Shown here: positions 1-4,339 of the stretch, piece by piece
How the letters are laid out: the number at the start of each line of letters is the position of its first letter
Position numbering within the stretch: the first letter of the stretch is position 1
Source: a virus
Lineage: Duplodnaviria > Heunggongvirae > Uroviricota > Caudoviricetes
Virus record (IMG/VR): IMGVR_UViG_2548876530_000006
Reading direction: 5' to 3' (one strand)
DNA: 4,339 nucleotides
Position numbers and translations under genes: made by a program
The notes under the pieces: model-generated
What the model was told of the DNA's origin: nothing
Seen by the model: only the letters and a program-made list of their open reading frames with translations
Databases searched by the model: none

Positions 1-510
1 GAATGCACGAAACAACATCCAGTCAACCAGCGGGTTAACATAAGCCTCTTCCAGCGGTACAGGCGTGTCATCATCCTGCGTCAGAACATACACCGCCTCC
101 GGAATGCGGCTGACCACAGCATCAACACTCACAGCCTCCTCCGGTGCCGGAAACAGCCAGAACACGCGCGGGGCAAGGTCACTGCTGATAAAGCATTCCG
201 GTTTCCCCCTCAGCATGTGCCAGTCGGGATACTGTGCATCAAGCACCTCACGGGATTGCGGTTTTATAGCACTGCCATCGCTGAGGCATATCACGTCAAG
301 AAGCTGTATTGCGCCATCAGGCAAAGTCTGACGTGCACCAGGAACACAATTCAGCGTCTCCAGACTTGCGCCTGCATCCGGCCTTGCCAGAATCACCGCC
401 CGCACAGCATCATTGTAATAATCACACAGCTCAGCCAGAGGCCAGCGCACCATCATCGGGTCAACCAGTTGCGTGTTCACTCGTCCGATGATTTCAGTAA
501 TCGTCGTCAT
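1..510 (-). CDS. Phage structural/morphogenesis protein of unknown function, 5' portion only (first ~170 codons; gene continues beyond window position 1)
   Basis: ATG at 510..508 (minus) overlaps the upstream TGA stop (512..510) as ATGA, a classic translational-coupling junction. The minus frame is open from 510 to position 1 (MTTITEIIGRVNTQLVDPMMVRWPLAELCDYYNDAVRAVILARPDAG...), with protein-like composition and mostly common codons. It is absent from the ORF track only because it has no stop inside the window. No family recognised. Confidence 0.6.
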   Translation of the reverse strand, partial: MTTITEIIGRVNTQLVDPMMVRWPLAELCDYYNDAVRAVILARPDAGASLETLNCVPGARQTLPDGAIQLLDVICLSDGSAIKPQSREVLDAQYPDWHMLRGKPECFISSDLAPRVFWLFPAPEEAVSVDAVVSRIPEAVYVLTQDDDTPVPLEEAYVNPLVDWMLFRAF

Positions 511-1073
511 CAGTAAAACCTTTGTCTGCGGACAGGATTGCGGTATGAGGAGTACGGACTTGTCGCCAGTGTGTCGCGATATGCCCGACGGATACCCTCA
601 GAAAACAGCACAGAGAAATACTGTGCGCGCGACGGGTCTGACCATGAAACCCCGGTCTGCATGAACAACCGTTCAAGCGCCCCTGCAGCCACTTCTTCAG
701 ACCATGCCCGCAGTTCATCCTGCACCTGACGGCTCCCTGCTTTCGGAGCAACGGCATAAAGCACACTCACCTCTCCGGGCGAACAGGCAAAATGCATTAC
801 CCGCCCCGGGCGGATTTCCACATCATGACCGGCAAAAAGCTCACGCCCGTCAGCGAGGATACGAATAATATGTACGCACTCTTCATTCTCCGCGTCATAT
901 GGCAGCACACAGTCCTCTCCGGCTGACGGTGACAGCGTGGCTTCACGGCGGCACAACAGGGACTGACGGCAGAATGCCACTGCCGACATGGATAACGCAT
1001 CCGTCATCATAATGTTCAGCGGACCACTGATATGGCGACGGACATACGGTAAAAAATCAGTCAGTTCCGCCAT
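510..1073 (-). CDS. Hypothetical phage head-completion/neck-module protein, ~187 aa (ORF track lists a 207-aa version starting at 1133)
   Basis: Long minus-strand ORF. The preferred start is ATG 1073..1071 (MAELTDFLPYVRRH...), with GGAG (complement of 1084-1087) about 10 nt upstream and a 17-nt overlap with the upstream gene's 3' end. The 1133 start would need a 77-nt overlap and has no SD. The 3' end is coupled to the next gene by ATGA. Function is inferred from position downstream of the capsid gene only. Confidence 0.65.
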   Translation of the reverse strand: MAELTDFLPYVRRHISGPLNIMMTDALSMSAVAFCRQSLLCRREATLSPSAGEDCVLPYDAENEECVHIIRILADGRELFAGHDVEIRPGRVMHFACSPGEVSVLYAVAPKAGSRQVQDELRAWSEEVAAGALERLFMQTGVSWSDPSRAQYFSVLFSEGIRRAYRDTLATSPYSSYRNPVRRQRFY

Positions 1074-1517
1074 GCTGTTCAGTCTCCGCAACACGACGGC
1101 GAAATGCCTCACGCACACGGACACGAAATGCATCAGCCGTTTCTTTCGGGTCTTTGTGAATATTCAGCTCTTCTGCCTCACACAACGTTGCCAGCCGTGC
1201 GGACGTGAGTTTGCTCAAATCCACATCCTGACCACCAACGCTAACCACAAAACTGTTCTCCGCTTCTGCAAGAGCAAGCTGTTCTCTTTCCTGCGCCTGC
1301 TGTGCCTGCCGCAACTGCTCATCCTGTTGTTGCTTTTTGAGCACACCATCAAGCTCTTCATGACGAACCCAGACATCCGGAAAGGCCAGCAACTGCCAGG
1401 CAAGCGCGCTGTCAACATGCACCGGCTCAAGACGCGGGAACAGTGTACGACTCCCGGTAAGGGTATCCTTTTCACGGGTTTGGGGCCGATATAGACAACG
1501 GCAATTTTCTCGCTCAT
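1057..1517 (-). CDS. Phage protein with a Q/E-rich coiled-coil segment, reading frame interrupted (N-terminal 16 codons in one frame, remaining ~137 codons in the -1 frame); possible pseudogene, sequence error or recoding site
   Basis: ATG 1517..1515 sits 6 nt downstream of GGGG (complement of 1524-1527), immediately after a terminator hairpin, and opens a frame with good codons (MSEKIAVVYIGPKPVK). After the A4 run (plus-strand TTTT 1469-1472) that frame fills with rare codons (AGG, ATA, TTA, GGA, AGA) and C/W/R-rich junk, while the -1 frame becomes clean coding sequence (..KDTLTGSRTLFPRLEPVHVDSALAWQLL..KKQQQDEQLRQAQQAQEREQLALAEAE..ETEQHGGTD) ending at TGA 1059..1057. The 181-aa ORF in the track (1057..1602) is the same -1 frame extended upstream across the hairpin and into the preceding gene. 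Confidence 0.5.
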
Positions 1518-1531
1518 ATAATTCCCCGGAT

Positions 1532-1554
1532 AAAAAAGCCCGCATGACGCGGGC
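1532..1554 (-). terminator. Rho-independent terminator-like hairpin (minus-strand transcript: GCCCGC-GUCAU-GCGGGC followed by UUUUUU)
   Basis: Perfect 6-bp GC-rich inverted repeat at 1538-1543 and 1549-1554 with a 5-nt loop, followed on the minus strand by a U6 tract (plus-strand A-run 1532-1537). It lies 13 nt after the stop of the 129-aa gene and just before the SD and ATG at 1517. Confidence 0.6.
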
Positions 1555-1567
1555 CGGAAGGTTTATA

Positions 1568-1957
1568 TCAGTATCCCACCACGGTATAACGCAGCAGAAC
1601 ATTCAGGGTACCGGTCGCAGCAGCTGTCTTAATGGTGACCGTAACCAGCTCCCCGTCACGCAGTGTGGTGTACGGCTCCACGGGCACATATCTGGCAAAT
1701 TTTGCAGAAACAGCTTCGCTGTTATCGATGAGAACATGCTCACCGGACTTAATGCTGACGGTTGCAGTACCCAGACCGCCCGTTGAAACCAGTTGCAGTG
1801 AGTTGATACGGATACCAACTGGCAGTGAAAGAAGATGAATAACACTGTCCGCTTCCGCAGCGTTCACTGTAAACACACCTTCTGCCACCGACTCATTACC
1901 GTGCGTACCTGAATAAATCCGCTCACTCAGTGATGGAGCAAGGATAGTCTTTGCCAT
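1568..1957 (-). CDS. Small phage virion protein, 129 aa; candidate head decoration/auxiliary capsid or head-tail adaptor protein (function not established)
   Basis: ATG 1957..1955 preceded by AGGAG (complement of 1967-1971) 9 nt upstream. Protein-like composition, rich in V/T/G/S/A (MAKTILAPSLSERIYSGTHGNESVAEG...LLRYTVVGY), suggestive of a beta-rich fold. It sits directly after the capsid gene and is bracketed by two terminator-like hairpins. Confidence 0.7.
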   Translation of the reverse strand: MAKTILAPSLSERIYSGTHGNESVAEGVFTVNAAEADSVIHLLSLPVGIRINSLQLVSTGGLGTATVSIKSGEHVLIDNSEAVSAKFARYVPVEPYTTLRDGELVTVTIKTAAATGTLNVLLRYTVVGY

Positions 1958-1972
1958 AATTAATGACTCCTG

Positions 1973-1995
1973 AAAAAGCCGGGCGATAACCCGGC
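1973..1995 (-). terminator. Rho-independent terminator/attenuator-like hairpin downstream of the capsid gene (minus-strand transcript: GCCGGG-UUAUCG-CCCGGC followed by UUUUU)
   Basis: Perfect 6-bp GC inverted repeat at 1978-1983 and 1990-1995 with a 6-nt loop, followed on the minus strand by U5 (plus-strand A-run 1973-1977). It lies 16 nt after the capsid stop (2012-2014) and runs straight into the SD of the 129-aa gene. The U-tract is short, so termination is probably partial. Confidence 0.55.
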
Positions 1996-2011
1996 ATGGG
2001 GAAAGGAAAAA

Positions 2012-3226
2012 TCAGAGCTTCACTGCGGTATCAACGGCAATAACGCCGTGATCCTGCATCTTGCCGCTCTTCTCGGGGAAACGGATTTTTTTCAGACCGT
2101 TGATCCAGCTGATTGCTATCTCAGTACGGTTATCCATATCCGTTTTCTTCTCAACCATGTTGAAGTGGCCGCCGCCCTTCTGGCCGTACGCATTCGCCAG
2201 CGCCTGAGCCCCCAGCAGCATGGCACGGTCGATGTTGGTCTTGGCCTGCTTCTCCTCTGTGGTTGCTGCCATATCGTTTTTCGATACAAGGACCTTTGAG
2301 TCCTTATAGAAACGGATCGGCATCCCCGCATACTTACGGACCAGAATATTGCGCCACATCGCACATTCGCCTTTGAACAGCGGATGGTTAAACCCTTTTG
2401 AGCGGTTTACGGCACGCGTCATCATCTGGTTCCAGTCCTTGCCGGACGTGGAGGTGTACCAGTCATTCCACTGACGCGGCGTGACGTAGAGGACGTAATA
2501 CGGATCTTCGCCATACAGCTCATCACCGGACAGGCGTACCGGTTGTAACGGATGAGCCATCTCGTCAATAAACAACGAGAGATTATCGACCAGCGCAAGG
2601 GTGAACAGGTCAGACTGGTCAATACCTTCAAAACTCGTCGCATCCCCACCGAAAAAATGACGATCATGCGTCGGCGGCAGTACGTCGTTGATCATGATTT
2701 TTTTGAATTCAGGGTGATCTGCCGTTGGCAGAATGGTGTCATCAGCAACAAAATCACCGCGGGCACCGGCAAGATGCACTATCGCACACTGGTCCTGCAG
2801 GTCGTTAAAGTACGTACCCAGCAGCGTTCTGGCAGAGGATGCCAGGTTGAACTTCGTACGCTGCTGGCTCATACGTCCGCCCGCATCCACCAGGTGACGG
2901 CCCTGATTAATTTTCAGGGAAAAATCAGCATGGCTGAGGTCTTCACCACGGCCTTCAACGCGCTCATCCCCCATCGTCGGACGTTTAGAGAGTTTGTGCA
3001 TGATGCTGAACGTCACTTCATCACCGGCCTGTTTGTTGAGGTCCGTGATTCGCACAACCGGTGCACCGGCACTGGTCTGCTTCGTGCTTTTCTTGTCAGG
3101 CGAAACTGCTTTTGGTGCATCCTGCTGTTCAGTGAGTATATTCACCATTGAGCGGTTGCGGTTGGCAGCCGTGAAAAGCGCCACCTGATACAGCTTATTC
3201 GCCTGGGCTGTTGTTACTGTGGTCAT
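2012..3226 (-). CDS. Phage major capsid (coat) protein, 404 aa; family not determined
   Basis: Longest ORF in the window, with uniform good codon usage. ATG 3226..3224 with AAGGAG (complement of 3237-3242) 10 nt upstream, and it begins 22 nt after the scaffolding-like gene's stop. Size of about 400 aa, position directly after an acidic scaffold-like gene, and a terminator-like hairpin downstream are typical of a major capsid gene. Family membership could not be verified without a search. Confidence 0.7.
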   Translation of the reverse strand: MTTVTTAQANKLYQVALFTAANRNRSMVNILTEQQDAPKAVSPDKKSTKQTSAGAPVVRITDLNKQAGDEVTFSIMHKLSKRPTMGDERVEGRGEDLSHADFSLKINQGRHLVDAGGRMSQQRTKFNLASSARTLLGTYFNDLQDQCAIVHLAGARGDFVADDTILPTADHPEFKKIMINDVLPPTHDRHFFGGDATSFEGIDQSDLFTLALVDNLSLFIDEMAHPLQPVRLSGDELYGEDPYYVLYVTPRQWNDWYTSTSGKDWNQMMTRAVNRSKGFNHPLFKGECAMWRNILVRKYAGMPIRFYKDSKVLVSKNDMAATTEEKQAKTNIDRAMLLGAQALANAYGQKGGGHFNMVEKKTDMDNRTEIAISWINGLKKIRFPEKSGKMQDHGVIAVDTAVKL

Positions 3227-3248
3227 TACGTCAGTACTCCTTCAGTGG

Positions 3249-4187
3249 TTACCCGAGTTTTTCCAGAATCGCGTCAATTTCAGCGTCCGTCATGCCTCGC
3301 ATGGCTGCTTCAATTTCGGTATGGGAAGCACCAAGTAACCGTTCAAAATTATCACCGGTTCCGACGGAAGCCGTGTTGCCAAGCTCTGACGGGGAAGCAG
3401 GCACTGCCATCTCCCGTTCAGCGGCTTTCACTTTTTCTTCCGCAGTTTTCCGGATATCCGTGTTGTCTGCCTTGTCATCAGAAGGCGGCTCACTGGCTTC
3501 ACCGAAAGCAAGCTGCGTACGGCGGGCCACTTCGGCGAAACGTTCAGTGAGCGGTTTGTCTTTCCATGCGGGGTCATTCTGGAGCTTCCCGTCGATGGAT
3601 ACGGCAACCGAGAAGCGATCCGGATCGGAGTTCTGCCACGTTTTCAGCACCGGCACGGCATTCATCGCATCAAGAACCGGTGATAAATCCTCACCACCAT
3701 GACCTTCTGCCTGCTGTGCTGATTGCTGAACACGGGACTGGAGATAGTTATTTTTACGGATGAGCGAAGCCACCGCGTCACCAATTTCCGGATACATCTC
3801 CCTGATACGGGCAATCTTCTCATCAGAGATTTTTTCGTTTTCCGGTAACGGTGCGGGTTTCATACCGGCCTGGTGGATCTGAGACGTCAGCAGTTCAACC
3901 AGGCGTTTTTCTTCGGCTATCTGTCCCCGAAGAAGTGCGGCTTCCTGTTCGGCCCGCTGCTTACCGGAACGTTCAGCCTCAAGGACTTCATAGGGAATGA
4001 CGTGTTTACCATCGCGGGTGAGCACACCCTTCGCCTCCGGCTCCTTCACGTCCTGCGTCTGCTCAGCACTGGCATCCGGCGTCGGTGCCGCAGTGTTATC
4101 GCCCGTCTGTGTCTGTGCTGCCTCATCCGCATGATTTTCTGTGGCGGCCTCTGTCACGCCGTCCTGTTCGTGACCGTCAATATCCAC
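3249..4187 (-). CDS. Phage capsid scaffolding-like protein, 312 aa, acidic with a disordered N-terminus and helical core; apparent GTG start
   Basis: Minus-strand ORF ending at TAA 3251..3249. The upstream in-frame stop is TAG (complement of 4215-4217), and the first in-frame ATG is not until about codon 108, so the start is most likely GTG 4187..4185, preceded by G-rich SD-like sequence (GGAAGGGCTTGGGGAT). The N-terminal ~50 residues are D/E/T/A/Q-rich low-complexity, followed by heptad-like helical segments (AEQEAALLRGQIAEEKRLVELL). No protease-like motif recognised. Confidence 0.6.
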   Translation of the reverse strand: MDIDGHEQDGVTEAATENHADEAAQTQTGDNTAAPTPDASAEQTQDVKEPEAKGVLTRDGKHVIPYEVLEAERSGKQRAEQEAALLRGQIAEEKRLVELLTSQIHQAGMKPAPLPENEKISDEKIARIREMYPEIGDAVASLIRKNNYLQSRVQQSAQQAEGHGGEDLSPVLDAMNAVPVLKTWQNSDPDRFSVAVSIDGKLQNDPAWKDKPLTERFAEVARRTQLAFGEASEPPSDDKADNTDIRKTAEEKVKAAEREMAVPASPSELGNTASVGTGDNFERLLGASHTEIEAAMRGMTDAEIDAILEKLG

Positions 4188-4339
4188 ATCCCCAAGCCCT
4201 TCCAGCCATTTTTCCTACGTTGTTCCGGGTTTCGTTCTACCCGTAAACTTCAAAATACCATAAACTAACTACCGCATGGTCTGTTATTCGGACGATCGAT
4301 GTTGAGTAATAAGGCTTATCGCTGCCCCGCGACTAAGCG
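4188..4339 (-). promoter_or_regulatory. Non-coding leader upstream of the head-gene block; candidate promoter/regulatory region (no promoter confidently identified)
   Basis: All three minus-strand frames and all plus-strand frames carry stop codons across about 4200-4339, and the region is more AT-rich than the coding sequence. It contains two TAAACT hexamers (4244-4249 and 4261-4266) and an extended -10-like TGGTATTTT on the minus strand with no good -35 box. Confidence 0.3.

Noticed and set aside
1465-1500. Canonical programmed -1 ribosomal frameshift site at the frame break
   Set aside because: There is no X_XXY_YYZ slippery heptamer in the zero frame; G_AAA_AGG and C_CCC_AAA would both require first-position mismatches on re-pairing. 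The A4 run is also too short for efficient transcriptional slippage. A simple indel is the more economical explanation, though recoding is not strictly excluded.
1215-1517. The 100-aa minus-strand ORF as a complete protein
   Set aside because: Only the first 16 codons look coding. The remainder (HCSRVLSRCMLTARLPGSCWPF...) is rich in C/W/R/M and rare codons, and runs out of frame alongside the clean coding frame of the 1057..1470 region.
1057-1602. The 181-aa minus-strand ORF taken at face value as an intact gene starting at ATG 1602 (or the internal ATG at 1545)
   Set aside because: Its first ~12 codons overlap the 3' end of the 129-aa gene, and the next ~16 read straight through the terminator-like hairpin. 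The ATG at 1545 lies in the hairpin loop with no SD. That stretch is C/W-rich with rare codons, whereas the ATG at 1517 in the other frame has an SD and good codons. The real gene is more likely the frame-interrupted 1057..1517 unit.
494-2667. Nested minus-strand ORFs (494..766, 797..1000, 1603..1845, 2116..2364, 2422..2667)
   Set aside because: These are alternative frames inside or overlapping the better-supported genes, with poor composition and no start signals.
65-4268. Plus-strand ORFs from the six-frame track (e.g. 988..1494, 2552..3151, 3211..3702, 3873..4268, 217..516)
   Set aside because: All lie antisense to the long, coupled minus-strand genes, lack convincing SD sequences, and have C/R/S/W-rich shadow-ORF composition. 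They are most likely artefacts of the opposite coding strand.
4299-4339. Possible divergent plus-strand gene starting at ATG 4299 and running off the window
   Set aside because: Only 13 codons are visible, the upstream SD is weak, and the segment is too short to assess composition. It cannot be supported from this window.
4200-4339. A tRNA or attachment-site remnant in the non-coding leader
   Set aside because: No cloverleaf-compatible stems, T-loop consensus (GTTCRANNC) or CCA-adjacent acceptor stem could be recognised by eye, and no integrase is present in the window.
1-4339. CRISPR array, IS element/transposase, rRNA or other RNA genes
   Set aside because: No regularly spaced direct repeats, terminal inverted repeats or rRNA/tRNA-like conserved stretches were seen. 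The window is almost fully occupied by protein-coding sequence on one strand.

Overview
The window reads as one continuous minus-strand block of phage/prophage virion head-morphogenesis genes; none of the plus-strand ORFs looks real. In transcription order (high to low coordinate) it holds: a ~150 bp non-coding leader (about 4190-4339); an acidic, helix-rich scaffolding-like gene (3249-4187, GTG start); a 404-aa major-capsid-like gene (2012-3226); an intrinsic-terminator-like hairpin; a 129-aa gene with a strong SD (1568-1957); a second terminator-like hairpin; a gene whose reading frame is broken at a T4 run (1057-1517); a 187-aa gene (510-1073); and the 5' part of a further gene (1-510) that runs off the window. 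No rRNA, tRNA, CRISPR array, IS element or integrase was recognised. Functional names rest on protein size, composition, gene order and coupling signals only; no database search was possible, so family assignments are provisional. The points most worth a second look are the frame break at 1469-1472, the two hairpins bracketing the 129-aa gene, and the non-coding leader in front of the scaffolding-like gene, where a portal gene would normally sit. I see nothing here that by itself demonstrates a novel system.
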